Made by a program: the position numbers and the translations under genes. Below the pieces are notes generated by a model. That model was not told where the DNA came from. It made no database searches and saw only the letters and a program-made list of their open reading frames with translations. A stretch of 64,000 nucleotides of DNA from an uncultured bacterium (GTDB taxonomy: Bacteria; Myxococcota_A; Polyangia; Polyangiales; Houyiibacteriaceae): contig CALJDU010000034.1 of assembly GCA_938024995.1 (NCBI GenBank), positions 18,046 through 82,045 of the forward strand. The letters run 5' to 3'. Numbering within the stretch: the stretch's first letter is position 1; each line of letters starts with the position of its first letter. Positions 35,831-47,108 of this stretch are shown piece after piece.

Positions 35831-38800
35831 GTGAAAAAAGATGTGTGGGTAAGTGCTCTTCCTCCGTTCAGTGCTGGTAGTCTACGCCGCGTGTCCGCCA
35901 ATCTTGACGCACGCCTCCTGCGGTATCGAAATGATCCTCTCTGCGAGGATCCGAAACACCTCGCCCGCGATCTTCTGAGCGACGACCGCGCGGGAGATGC
36001 CCAAGAGGTTCTTCAGACCGCGCTGAACGGAAAAGATGACCCCGAGCTCCTCGTGGAGAGCGGGAAGGTCTGGCTCCACGAGGGCGACCTTCTGCGCGCA
36101 CAGCGGGCATTTCTGCAGGCCGCGCGGGCCAGACCCGACATGACCGAGGCCTTCCGCTGGATGGGTGAGGTTCTCCTCAAGCGAGGCGACCCCAACCGAG
36201 CGAAAAAGGTGCTTGAGCGGGCCCTCTCCTTAGACGCCTCCGACCGCGACGTCGTCCGTTTGCATCAGCGCGCGCTTCGTCTGTCCCGTTCGCCGGCGAG
36301 CGATGGGGACGCGCTGAGCGAGGCCAGTCCGGCCATTCGCCAGGCGCTTGAAGAGAAACAACTCGCGGTGGGTTTTGAAGACGGCGAAGAGGACGAGGAC
36401 GAGCCGACGTCGTTGATGACGCGTGGCAAGTTCGCTGAGCTTCTGGCCGACAAGTCTTCGTACCGCATGGGCGCACCGTCTCCCTTTGCGGATCGGAGCA
36501 AGACCCGTCGTTACGAAGATCCCGTCGACGAGGAGCCAGCGGTTCGAGACCAAGGCGGCAAAGCGACGCTTCACGGCGTTCCGTTCTCCGCCGATCAGCT
36601 CGCGAAAGAAACGAGCAAGCTCAAGGACGAAGGCGAAGCGAAGAAGCCGAGCAAGCCGAGCAAGCCGAAGCGCACCGGGACGAAGCGCACGCTGTTGAGC
36701 GGACCGCCACCCCTCTCCGCAAAGAAGACTTCAGTCCCGCCGCCGCCTCCATCGTCGAAGCGCCCGCGGCTCGCGACAAAGCCGCCCACCGAACAGCGCA
36801 AGACGCGAGTCTCGAACCCGCCGCCGCCGAGCCTCCCCCCGAAGCCACCGACCAGCATTCGCAAAACCGAGCGAAGCGAGGTTCCGCCACCGAGCGTTCC
36901 TCCGAAGCAGCCGCCTCTTCGCAAGACGGCGCTCAGCGGACCTCCTCCTCCGCCGCCTCCGCCCGAGGGCGTGAAGTCGGAGAAAAAGACCGAAGAAGGG
37001 TTGCCGTCGACGCGTCTCAACTTGGGACTCGCGCCGGAAATTCCGGGCGCCTCCCGCCTCCCGTCGTCGGCCGGTGCGTTCGGATCGTCGAGCGCTTCGT
37101 CCAGCGGTGAACTGTCGTCCCCGAGCGATATTTTCGGACCGCCTCCCGAGCCTCCCGCCGGCTCGTTCTCCTCAAGCGGGGAGCAGGCGGCGCTGTCGTC
37201 TCCGGGTTCGGTTCCATCTCCGAAGTCGTCAGCGGGTTCGTTGTCGTCTCCGGGTTCGGTTCCGTCTCCGAAGTCGTCGGCGGGTTCGTTATCGTCTTCG
37301 GGTGCCCTCTCGTCTCCCTCTTCCGCTGGAGCCGTTGGCGACATCCCGGACCTCTTCTCCGATGTGCGACCGGACGATCCGTTCGCGAAGCCGCCGGGGC
37401 GCTCGCTCGATGAGATCATCACGTCCTCGGGGTTTGACTCGGTGGGAGGAACGAAGAGCGAAGCGTCAAAGAGCGACGTTCCCAAGCTCGACGTTTCCAA
37501 GCTCGACGACGAGCCCAAGATCGATGTGGAGTTTGACGTCGATCTCGAGGAGGGCGCGTTTGACCCCACCGTCCCGGGAGACGTTCCCGCCATCGACACG
37601 GTGCCCGGAGATGTCCCGGCCGACATGGACGCGGCGACGACGCCTGGCGACGTGCCGGCGATGGTCACGACCGAAGAGATGGCGCTGTCACTCGACGACG
37701 CCCTCGCGATCGAGACGGGCGACGCGAAGCGCGAGGACCCCGACCGTGTGCTCGCGTTGGTCCAAGAAGAAGGCTTCGAGGAGTCCCCGGACGACGATCC
37801 GAGCTTGGCGTCCGACGAAGAGGTTCTCGCGGAGCGCGAAAAGGCGGGGACCCAGACGGGGACCTCATGGCTCTTTCTCGCGGTGGTCGCAGCCGGAATC
37901 GCCGTGGTCGGGTTCCTCGGCTACCGCTCCTACCAGGATCACCGTCGCGCAACGGTGGGTGGACTCGTAGAGGACGCCCGAGACGCGATCTTGCGCGGTG
38001 ACCACGTGGACCTCGACGCCGCCGAAGAGTCGCTGGAGCGGGCCGCGATCATTCGTCCCGAGCAAGCTGAAGAGGCCGCGCTGAGACTCGCGCTCACGAC
38101 GCAGCGGGTGCTCGACGAGGGCATGGACGCGAGCGCGCTTCGCGTCATGTTGTCGCGGATGGAAGGGCTCTCCGTCGCGCCTGAGCTGATCGACGCGGCC
38201 GAGGCGGTGGTCGCGTACGAGGCCGGTGATCTGGAGACCGCGCGCCGTGAGCGACAGGCCAGCCTCGCCGGTTCCTTTGATGAACATGCGCTCTACGCGA
38301 TTGGTCGCGCCGAGCTCGATCACGATCCTGAGCAGGCGCGCGATCACTTGCAGATGGCGTTCACGCGGGAACCCGCACACGCGCCCGCGGCGATCGCGAA
38401 GGCGCTGTTCAAGCTGGACGCAGGACAAGAAGACGAAGCGGCCGCGGCCCTCGCGCCGGTCATGACCCGGTACGCCAACCATGTCCGCGCGAACGCGCTG
38501 TCCGCCTACCTGTCGGCGGCCGAGCAACCCGACAGCACGCTGAGCAAGGTCGACGAGATGTCCGAGGCGCTCGAGCAGGCGACGCCGACCGACCGCGCGT
38601 TCGCGATCCTCGCGCGCGCTCGCGCCAACGTCGCCAAGGGGGAGCGCGTCGCGGCGCAGCAAGCCATCGTCGCGGCGGTGGAGCTGAACCTGGAAGACCG
38701 GCGTTTGTCGCGCTTGCTCGCGGTCGAGGCGGATCGCGCGGGGCTCCCGACACGTGCGCTGGCCGCTGCGGACCGCGCGCGGATCGAGGGGCGCCCGGAT

Positions 38801-40075
38801 CGCGCCCTCTCGTTGCTCCGGGCCCGAGCCCAGCTCGCGCAAAACGATCCGCACGCCGCCATCCGGACGCTCAGCGACCTTCCCGCCGGTGACCTTTCTG
38901 CGCTGAAGCTCACCGCGGAGGCCGCGCTGCTCGCCGAAGATCGCGAGGCGATCGAACGCGCGCGTGGAGCGCTGGGGTCGGCGGTGAACGCGACCGACGA
39001 GCCGGACGCCGAGCTTCGCGCGTTGCTCGTCCGCACCCAGGTGGTGCTCGATCCGGCGGCGGCATTGCAAGACGCGCGTCAGTTGGTCGAGAGCGACGAG
39101 AGTGAAGGCGCGCTGCGCGCGTTGACCGAGGCCGCGCTCGCGGCGAGCGACGCAGAGCAGGCCATCGGCGCGGCGGCGCGTTTGGTCGCCGCGACGCCCG
39201 ACGACGCGGGTGCGCAGTGCTTGCTCGCGCGGGCGCAGCGGATGGCGGGGCGAGTCGACGAGTCGGAGGCGAACTTCCGCCGCGTGCTCTCCCTTGATGA
39301 AGGTCACGTCGACGGCATTTTGGGGCTCGGGTTGCTCCTGATCGATCGCGGTAAGCTGACCGAAGCCGACGAGGTTCTGCAGTCGCTCTCCGAGCGAGAT
39401 GACGCGGCGGGCTTGGCGGCGCGAACGGGGCGGATCACCGCGCTCTCGCTTCACGGCGACCTCGACGGTGCCCGCGCGCTCGCGGACGCTCTCACCGATC
39501 CACAAAAGGCGCAGCGAAGCGTGAAGCTCGCCATCGTGCAGTTCGCGCTCGCGGATGCGCGTCCGGCGGACGCGATCACCGTCATCACCGAGCTCGGACC
39601 GGAGGGCGACGCAGAGCTGCTCACGCTCCTCGGCCAAGCGCACTACGAGGCGGGAAGCATCGTCGAGGCGCGCGGGATCTACGAGCGCGCGATGGCGGCC
39701 GACGCGGAGTACCCAGAAGCGATGCTTGGGTACGCCGAGGTGCTCGTTCGGTCGGGACGCGCGCGCGAGGCAAAGGCGAGCCTGGACCGCGCCGAGCAGG
39801 CCCTCGAGAACCGCGCGCGACCAGCGTCGGTTCGGGGGCGCCTCTTCATGCTCCGCGGCCGAGCGTCACTTGAGCTGCGGAACCGTCGCGAAGCGCGAGG
39901 CCTGCTTGAGCGGGCGACCGGATACGAAGGCACCCCTCCCGAGACGTGGTTCTATTTGGGCGAGTCGCTCTCGGGCGTGAATTCACCGGAGGCACGGGCG
40001 GCGTACCAGCGCTACCTGGAGATCTCGCCCGCGGGTCCGCTCGCCGAGCGCGCGCGTCGCGCCATCGCTCGATGA
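35831..40075 (+). CDS. Giant TPR-repeat protein with central Pro/Ser-rich disordered region and one TM segment
   Basis: The ORF is 1414 aa. N-terminal TPRs include AFRWMGEVLLKRGDPNRAKKVLERALSLD. Residues 230-640 are low complexity (KPSKPSKPK, PPPP runs, SSPGSVPSPKSSAGSL x2, PGDVPA x3). A TM segment is WLFLAVVAAGIAVVGFLGY. A C-terminal TPR array of about 700 aa follows. The start is uncertain: GTG at 35831 or GTG at 35891. Confidence 0.75.
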   Translation: MKKDVWVSALPPFSAGSLRRVSANLDARLLRYRNDPLCEDPKHLARDLLSDDRAGDAQEVLQTALNGKDDPELLVESGKVWLHEGDLLRAQRAFLQAARARPDMTEAFRWMGEVLLKRGDPNRAKKVLERALSLDASDRDVVRLHQRALRLSRSPASDGDALSEASPAIRQALEEKQLAVGFEDGEEDEDEPTSLMTRGKFAELLADKSSYRMGAPSPFADRSKTRRYEDPVDEEPAVRDQGGKATLHGVPFSADQLAKETSKLKDEGEAKKPSKPSKPKRTGTKRTLLSGPPPLSAKKTSVPPPPPSSKRPRLATKPPTEQRKTRVSNPPPPSLPPKPPTSIRKTERSEVPPPSVPPKQPPLRKTALSGPPPPPPPPEGVKSEKKTEEGLPSTRLNLGLAPEIPGASRLPSSAGAFGSSSASSSGELSSPSDIFGPPPEPPAGSFSSSGEQAALSSPGSVPSPKSSAGSLSSPGSVPSPKSSAGSLSSSGALSSPSSAGAVGDIPDLFSDVRPDDPFAKPPGRSLDEIITSSGFDSVGGTKSEASKSDVPKLDVSKLDDEPKIDVEFDVDLEEGAFDPTVPGDVPAIDTVPGDVPADMDAATTPGDVPAMVTTEEMALSLDDALAIETGDAKREDPDRVLALVQEEGFEESPDDDPSLASDEEVLAEREKAGTQTGTSWLFLAVVAAGIAVVGFLGYRSYQDHRRATVGGLVEDARDAILRGDHVDLDAAEESLERAAIIRPEQAEEAALRLALTTQRVLDEGMDASALRVMLSRMEGLSVAPELIDAAEAVVAYEAGDLETARRERQASLAGSFDEHALYAIGRAELDHDPEQARDHLQMAFTREPAHAPAAIAKALFKLDAGQEDEAAAALAPVMTRYANHVRANALSAYLSAAEQPDSTLSKVDEMSEALEQATPTDRAFAILARARANVAKGERVAAQQAIVAAVELNLEDRRLSRLLAVEADRAGLPTRALAAADRARIEGRPDRALSLLRARAQLAQNDPHAAIRTLSDLPAGDLSALKLTAEAALLAEDREAIERARGALGSAVNATDEPDAELRALLVRTQVVLDPAAALQDARQLVESDESEGALRALTEAALAASDAEQAIGAAARLVAATPDDAGAQCLLARAQRMAGRVDESEANFRRVLSLDEGHVDGILGLGLLLIDRGKLTEADEVLQSLSERDDAAGLAARTGRITALSLHGDLDGARALADALTDPQKAQRSVKLAIVQFALADARPADAITVITELGPEGDAELLTLLGQAHYEAGSIVEARGIYERAMAADAEYPEAMLGYAEVLVRSGRAREAKASLDRAEQALENRARPASVRGRLFMLRGRASLELRNRREARGLLERATGYEGTPPETWFYLGESLSGVNSPEARAAYQRYLEISPAGPLAERARRAIAR
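37195..37290 (+). repeat. 48-bp in-frame tandem repeat x2 (2 mismatches) inside the TPR protein gene
   Basis: Copies lie at 37195-37242 and 37243-37290, each encoding SSPGSVPSPKSSAGSL. A degenerate third unit follows. Confidence 0.9.
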
Positions 40076-40800
40076 GCGGCTCGTTGGAGGGGAAGACCGC
40101 GGTCGTCACTGGCGGGACCCGCGGGATCGGCTTCGCGATCGCGGAGCGCTTCGCGGACGCCGGCGCGACCGTTGTCGTGACGTCGCGCTCATCGACCTCA
40201 TGCCAAGAAGCGGCCGCGGCGCTCGGAGCGGGCCATCGCGGCCTCCCGTGCGACGTGACCGACGAGTCGCAGCTCAGCGCGCTCTTCGCGTCGATCCCGC
40301 AGGTGGACATCTTCGTTCACTGCGCCGGCGTTTCGAGCGCGGGGTCGTCGCTCACGGTCAAGCGCGAGACGCTGCAGCATCAGCACGCTGTTCACTTTTT
40401 GGGTGGCGTCCAAGGCGCGCAGTTGGCCGCGGCGAAAATGAAGGACGCGGGCGGTGGAGCGATCTTGCTCGTGGTCAGCGTCTGGGGGCTCGGTGGACAG
40501 CCGCAGACGCTCGCGTACGGAAGCGCGAAGGCGGCGCTCGCGCACAGCGTCAAAGTCTTGGGCGTCGAATGGGCGCGCTACGGCATCCGCGTGAACGGGC
40601 TCGCTCCGGGCTTCGTGGCGACGGACATGACGAAAGACCTCGGCGACAAGGTGCTCGACAAGCTGCTGTCGAAGGTCCCGATGCGCCGCGCCGCGACGCC
40701 AAGCGAGATGGCCGGACCCGCGCTCTTTCTGTGCAGCGATGACGCCTCGTATGTCACCGGCCATGTCCTGGTCGCGGACGGCGGCGAACGCGCGCGCTGA
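40072..40800 (+). CDS. Short-chain dehydrogenase/reductase (SDR)
   Basis: It has TGGTRGIGFAIA (TGxxxGIG) and the catalytic YGSAKAAL (YxxxK). The ATG at 40072 overlaps the TPR gene stop (ATGA). Confidence 0.88.
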   Translation: MSGSLEGKTAVVTGGTRGIGFAIAERFADAGATVVVTSRSSTSCQEAAAALGAGHRGLPCDVTDESQLSALFASIPQVDIFVHCAGVSSAGSSLTVKRETLQHQHAVHFLGGVQGAQLAAAKMKDAGGGAILLVVSVWGLGGQPQTLAYGSAKAALAHSVKVLGVEWARYGIRVNGLAPGFVATDMTKDLGDKVLDKLLSKVPMRRAATPSEMAGPALFLCSDDASYVTGHVLVADGGERAR

Positions 40801-40811
40801 GGGGCTCAGTC

Positions 40812-40846
40812 GTAGTCAGGAGGCTCAGTGCCGGTAGTCAGGAGGC

Positions 40847-40855
<9 letters not shown>
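40812..40855. repeat. 22-bp tandem duplication (GTAGTCAGGAGGCTCAGTGCCG x2) covering the purH stop codon
   Basis: Read directly from the sequence: copies at 40812-40833 and 40834-40855. The purH stop (tca on the + strand, 40847-40849) lies in copy 2. Confidence 0.9.
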
Positions 40856-42400
<1,545 letters not shown>

Positions 42401-42437
42401 GCCGCCGTCTACCGCGCGGGAGCGAGCGCGACAACCG

Positions 42438-43733
42438 CTACCAGGTCAGGCGCTGACCGGCCACGGTGACGTCTCCGGTCGGCTCCGTCCCCAGAGGGAA
42501 GAACGTCCGAGTGGGCGTCGGTTCGCCGATGCAGTCGCAGTCGCCTTGCACGCAGGAGAGGACCTCCACGCGGTCGCCATCTCGGCGCGCGGCGATCGAC
42601 GGAGAGACACAGCAGAGGAACTGGGTGGCGTGAATCTCGGCCCAGTATTGCTGCGGTTGGTCGCCGCCATCACCTCGCGGCCTGAGCAGCTCGACGCGAT
42701 CGATCATCGTCGGGCGACAAGTGTCTCCGTCGACGACGTTTACCGGCAGCGTCAAGCCGCCGACCTCGACCTCGTTCATCCCAGGGGGCAGGTCTCGCGA
42801 GATCCACTGCTCGTACGTGTCATCGGCGCAAAAGCAGTCGGTGCAGCAATCGCACACCTCGAGCCGCGACCCTGACACACCGGGGGTGCATCCGCAGCCG
42901 GCGCCCGACGCGCGCAGAGTCGCGATGTAGGGTTGCCCCGCGAGCACCGTCGAGGGCGCGATGACGTTGGAGTCGATCGTGTTGCACGTGAGGTCGTCGC
43001 GGTCTTCGATCAGAACCTCACACGAGAAGTCTCCGGCGCGAATGGTGTGAAGGCCGGGCGCCCGTGCGGTGACGCTGACGCGCTCCATCCCGACCGGACT
43101 GATGCACGCGCACTCTTCGCAGCAGCTGCCGGGATCGACGTCGCAGAAACGGGTGGCGATGGTCGAGCGAGAGCCATCGGTACGTACGTCCACCTCCGCG
43201 CGTCCGCCCGAGCAGCACCCACCGTAGTAGTGCGAGAGCTCAACGTTGAAAGGCTCGCCGGCGCGCGCGGTCGCGGGGCACGAGAGCGAGTCGGTAAACG
43301 AGGTCTCACATCCGGGCGGCTCTTCTTCGACGACCTCGATGACGCACGAGCCCGAGATCGGCCACCCGGTGTCGATGGTGTAGATGCCCGGCGCGTCGAC
43401 CTCGACGCTGTGGCGACCGCTCGCGCGAGGGGAGAGCGCGAGGCACATGAGGTCCTCATCGGGACACTCGACGCCGCAGAAGGACGCGCGAACGTTGAAC
43501 GTGTCGCCGTCACGCGTGATGTCGACCCTCTCTTCACCCCCCGAACAGCAGCCGGGGTAGGCGTGCGTCAGGCTGAAGGTGATCGGGTCACCAAAGATGA
43601 CGCGCTCCGGACACACCAGCCCTTCAGTGCTGCTCATTTCACAGCCGGGTTCTTCGCCGTCGCGATCGTGGTCGCGGAAGCAACCGAGAAGGAGGATGGA
43701 GGAGAGCAGTGTCAGGGTGAGCCAGCGTGTCAT
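42438..43733 (-). CDS. Cys-rich lipoprotein built from four ~90-115 aa related modules; no family recognised
   Basis: The N-terminus is MTRWLTLTLLSSILLLGCF (lipobox). Modules 1 and 2 are clearly homologous: GCEMSSTEGLVCPERVIFGDPITFSLTHAYPGCCSGGEERVDITRDG.. aligns with GCETSFTDSLSCPATARAGEPFNVELSHYYGGCCSGGRAEVDVRTDG... Modules 3 and 4 are more divergent. There are about 40 Cys, many vicinal (CC, CDCC, CEEC, CDC). Confidence 0.7.
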   Translation of the reverse strand: MTRWLTLTLLSSILLLGCFRDHDRDGEEPGCEMSSTEGLVCPERVIFGDPITFSLTHAYPGCCSGGEERVDITRDGDTFNVRASFCGVECPDEDLMCLALSPRASGRHSVEVDAPGIYTIDTGWPISGSCVIEVVEEEPPGCETSFTDSLSCPATARAGEPFNVELSHYYGGCCSGGRAEVDVRTDGSRSTIATRFCDVDPGSCCEECACISPVGMERVSVTARAPGLHTIRAGDFSCEVLIEDRDDLTCNTIDSNVIAPSTVLAGQPYIATLRASGAGCGCTPGVSGSRLEVCDCCTDCFCADDTYEQWISRDLPPGMNEVEVGGLTLPVNVVDGDTCRPTMIDRVELLRPRGDGGDQPQQYWAEIHATQFLCCVSPSIAARRDGDRVEVLSCVQGDCDCIGEPTPTRTFFPLGTEPTGDVTVAGQRLTW

Positions 43734-43767
43734 TGCTCCCCGATATTGAGCAACGCGCGTGCCAGCG

Positions 43768-45783
43768 TTAGAGAACCACCAGGCGCCGCGTCGTCTCGCC
43801 GTTCCGAATCACCACTCTCGCACGGCGAGGAGCGTGATCGGGCGCGCGCAGGGTGAGCGTGTGGGTACCCGCGCTCAACCGAATGTTGGTGAGCGGAGTC
43901 GTGCCAAGGTGTCGGCCTCCGAGATAGACCTCGGACCACGGGGTGGAGCTGATCGTCAGCGTTCCGGACCCGCTCGTGCCTTCCCGCCGCGGACGACGAC
44001 GCATCATCGTCGTGGACGGCGGCTCTTCCGTTGCAGGAGGCGGAACGGGGGGCGGCGGAGCGATGGGCGCGAGCTGAACGGAGAGCGAGGCGACCGCGCC
44101 AGGCTCAAGTACGCGAAGCTGATCCGTTTGCTCCACGTGTCCCGCGGCCGCGATGCGAACGGCGTACTCGCCCGGCGTGACCTTCAGCTCGAGCGGGGTC
44201 CGGCCGACGAGGTCGTCGTCAATCCACACCGACGCGTCGGCCGGTGCGGAAGCGATGCGGAGCGTGCCTTCGGCTTCCGGAGTCGCGACCAGTCGAACCA
44301 CCGCGGGCTCGTTTTCACGAAGCTCGATCGCCTCGCTCGCGACGACCCGGTCGCGTCGCAAGAGCTCGACGCGATGCATCCCAGGCGCGAGGAATCGGCG
44401 AAGGGGCGCGACGCCGCTCTCCTCCCCATCGATCGCTACGGTGAGGCCGACCGGGTCGCTCTCGACCCGGAGCTCCGCTGGCTGCGCGACCAAGATCGGC
44501 GGAGGCGCGGCGCGGGGAGGCTCCGTTGGCGGGCCGTCGCTCCCGAACCAGATCATCCCCACACCAGCGCTCCCCGCGAGCAAGAACGCGAGGAGCGCGA
44601 AGAGGGCAAAGCGCCGCGATCGACCTTTGGGTTTCTTCTTCCGCACCCGCGTCTCCGCGAGCCCCTCCGTGGTGGCCATGGTCGGGATGCGCCGTTGAAT
44701 CGACGCCTCACGCGCGCCTCGCGGAGCGTCTTCTTCGACCAGCGTGGACGGACCGGAGAGCGGCGTCGCCGGTCGCGGGGCGCCTTCCGCTTGGGTCATG
44801 GGGACCGTTCCGGCGGCGCGAGGACGTGTGCGATCCGCGGCCCAAACATCTGCGAATAGGTCGCGCACGTAGGCGCCGAGCTCGACGGTGTCGGAGGCGT
44901 CCGGACACGTTCGGAGGTAAGCCTCAAGCTCGGTGCGGAGCGCCAGCGCGTCGCTGAAGCGGTCTCGCGGATCGGGAGAGAGCGCGCGCTTGACGATCCG
45001 CGCGAGGTCCTCGGGGAGCCGATCGATCCGGCCCGGTTCCGGGATGATCCCCGCCGCCGACATGATCTTCGCGTCCCGCGGTTCGTCGTGCGGGAAGAGC
45101 GTCTCGCCGCTGACCATCTCGAAGAGCAAGCTGCCGACGTTGAAGAGGTCGCTGCGCGCGTCTAGCGGCATCCCGCGCGCCTGCTCGGGAGAGAGGTAGG
45201 CGTACTTGCCTTTGACCGCACCGACGACCGTCTCATCACGTCGCGACTCGCGGGAGAGCTTCGCGATGCCGAAGTCAGTGACCTTCACCGCTCCGTCGAA
45301 GGAGACCAGAACGTTCGCCGGGGTCACGTCTCGATGCACGAGCCCAAGCTCATCGCCGTTTTTCTCGTGAAGCGAGTGCGCGCTCGCCAGGCCTTCACAA
45401 ACGAACGAGAGTATCTTCGCGGCGTGGTGGGGCGGCATCGCGTGCTTGTGCCCGCGCGCCCCCGCGTCTTCGCTCGCGCGGCGAATCAGCGCGCGGAGGT
45501 CCACGCCGCGGATCAGCTCCATCGCGAGGTAGAAGCTCCCGTCGACCTCTCCAAAGTCATGAACCTGGACGAGGTTGGGGTGGTGTAGGCGCGCCACGAT
45601 CCGCGCCTCCTCGACGAACATCTCCTTGAAGCGCGGATCTTCGGACAGATGCGGGAGGATGCGTTTGACCACGAGGTCGCGAGAGAACCCCTCTGGGCCC
45701 TCGCGCCGAGCGAGGAAAATCTCCGCCATCCCACCACGCGCGAGGCGCCGCTGAAGGACGTAGGGGCCGAAGGGGATTCCCAC
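43768..45783 (-). CDS. Membrane Ser/Thr protein kinase with three extracytoplasmic PEGA domains
   Basis: Kinase motifs are GGMAEIFLA, VVKRI, HRDVTPANVLV, DFGIAK and YLSPEQ. A TM segment is FALFALLAFLLAGSAGVGMIWF. PEGA-like strings are LRVESDPVGLTVAIDG, LRIASAPADASVWIDDDLVGRTPL and LTISSTPWSEVYLGGRHLGTTPL. Confidence 0.9.
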   Translation of the reverse strand: MGIPFGPYVLQRRLARGGMAEIFLARREGPEGFSRDLVVKRILPHLSEDPRFKEMFVEEARIVARLHHPNLVQVHDFGEVDGSFYLAMELIRGVDLRALIRRASEDAGARGHKHAMPPHHAAKILSFVCEGLASAHSLHEKNGDELGLVHRDVTPANVLVSFDGAVKVTDFGIAKLSRESRRDETVVGAVKGKYAYLSPEQARGMPLDARSDLFNVGSLLFEMVSGETLFPHDEPRDAKIMSAAGIIPEPGRIDRLPEDLARIVKRALSPDPRDRFSDALALRTELEAYLRTCPDASDTVELGAYVRDLFADVWAADRTRPRAAGTVPMTQAEGAPRPATPLSGPSTLVEEDAPRGAREASIQRRIPTMATTEGLAETRVRKKKPKGRSRRFALFALLAFLLAGSAGVGMIWFGSDGPPTEPPRAAPPPILVAQPAELRVESDPVGLTVAIDGEESGVAPLRRFLAPGMHRVELLRRDRVVASEAIELRENEPAVVRLVATPEAEGTLRIASAPADASVWIDDDLVGRTPLELKVTPGEYAVRIAAAGHVEQTDQLRVLEPGAVASLSVQLAPIAPPPPVPPPATEEPPSTTMMRRRPRREGTSGSGTLTISSTPWSEVYLGGRHLGTTPLTNIRLSAGTHTLTLRAPDHAPRRARVVIRNGETTRRLVVL

Positions 45784-45857
45784 GGCGGGAATATAGCGCC
45801 CTTCGCGGGAGGTCGACTTGCCTTTACGAGGAACGCGGTGCCGCTCATGATGCCGCC

Positions 45858-47108
45858 GTGCGCTCCCTCAAAAGCCCCCGGCGGCCGGTGATCTTGGCCT
45901 TGCTCGGCGTGATCCTCGCTTCGGGGTGTTCACCGGAGCGATCGGTATTCGTGCAGCTGATCAGCCCGGGCATCGGCGATTCGCTTTGCGTCGCGGCGTA
46001 CGGCGCCGGTCAAGAGGTCTTCCGCGAGGTCTACCCCGCCGACCGCGAAGCTGGGTCGTTGGTCTTTTTGGAGGGCGATCTCGTCGTCGATGAAGTGCGC
46101 GTGATCGCTCGTTCGAGACAGGCGGGACGGGTCGTCGCGGGCGCCGCTGGGACCGCCGACTTCGCCGCTCCTGGCGAGTCCATCCTGCGCCTCGACCTCG
46201 CTCGATGCGTTCCAGGAGATGGCGTCGCGAGCGCCGCGCGGCTGATCACCAACGTGCCGCGCGGGGGGCGACTGCACGCGGTCGACGCAGACGGCGATGG
46301 TCAGGACGAGCTCTTGGCAGGGAGTCGCCTCTTTGAGCCGGCCGATGGGAGCACCATCGCGTTGATGAGCGTGCTCGGCGACGCGCTCACGATCGTGGAC
46401 GACAACGATGACTGCCGAGACGACATCGTCACGCAGAACGTCATCGCGGATCTGGTGACCGATCGACCGACCGCGATCACGCTCGAGCCGGGCGCCGTGG
46501 TTGTCCGCGCGAACGCGGGGGACGGAGCCCGTCTCTACACCGGGAGCGCGTCAGGGTTCGGCCCGCTCGGAGGGTCCATCAACGCCGCGCCGGTGACCGC
46601 GCTGGTCGCGGGAGACCTCGACGGCGATGGAGATGACGAGCTGATCGCGAGCGGCCCAGCCGGGATCGCCGCGTGGCGCGGAACCGCGGGAGGACCGTCA
46701 CGAGAAGACGCCATCCTCCCGGCGGCGATTCGCGGTGAGCCACACCGACTCGCGATCGCAGATGTCGATGGCGATGGATCGCTCGACGTCGTCGCCCTCG
46801 GGAATGACGAGCTCAAGCTCCTGCTCAATCGCGGGGATGGGTTCCTCGAGCTTCGCCCCACCGCGACCGTGCCCGGGCTCACGGCGGTCGGCCGATTGAT
46901 CGCCGGCGACGTGGACGGAGACTGCCTCGCGGATGTCGTGGTGGTTCAGGACGTCACCGCGCGCATCTTTCTCTCCACCGGGACGACCTGGGTCGAAGGC
47001 GACCTGGGGGACGCCAGCGCGAGCGAGGTGACGCTCGCGGATGTCGACGGCGACGGAGCGAAAGAGTTAGTCGCGTGGCGCCCCAACGGAGATGTCGTCT
47101 CATGGTGA
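45858..47108 (+). CDS. FG-GAP/VCBS-repeat lipoprotein
   Basis: The GTG start gives MRSLKSPRRPVILALLGVILASGCS (lipobox). Ca-binding-type repeats are DADGDGQDELL, DLDGDGDDELI, DVDGDGSLDVV, DVDGDCLADVV and DVDGDGAKELV. Confidence 0.75.
   Translation: MRSLKSPRRPVILALLGVILASGCSPERSVFVQLISPGIGDSLCVAAYGAGQEVFREVYPADREAGSLVFLEGDLVVDEVRVIARSRQAGRVVAGAAGTADFAAPGESILRLDLARCVPGDGVASAARLITNVPRGGRLHAVDADGDGQDELLAGSRLFEPADGSTIALMSVLGDALTIVDDNDDCRDDIVTQNVIADLVTDRPTAITLEPGAVVVRANAGDGARLYTGSASGFGPLGGSINAAPVTALVAGDLDGDGDDELIASGPAGIAAWRGTAGGPSREDAILPAAIRGEPHRLAIADVDGDGSLDVVALGNDELKLLLNRGDGFLELRPTATVPGLTAVGRLIAGDVDGDCLADVVVVQDVTARIFLSTGTTWVEGDLGDASASEVTLADVDGDGAKELVAWRPNGDVVSW

Noticed and set aside
37865-39643. 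592-aa - strand ORF inside the TPR gene
   Set aside because: It is an Arg-rich antisense shadow with no motifs.
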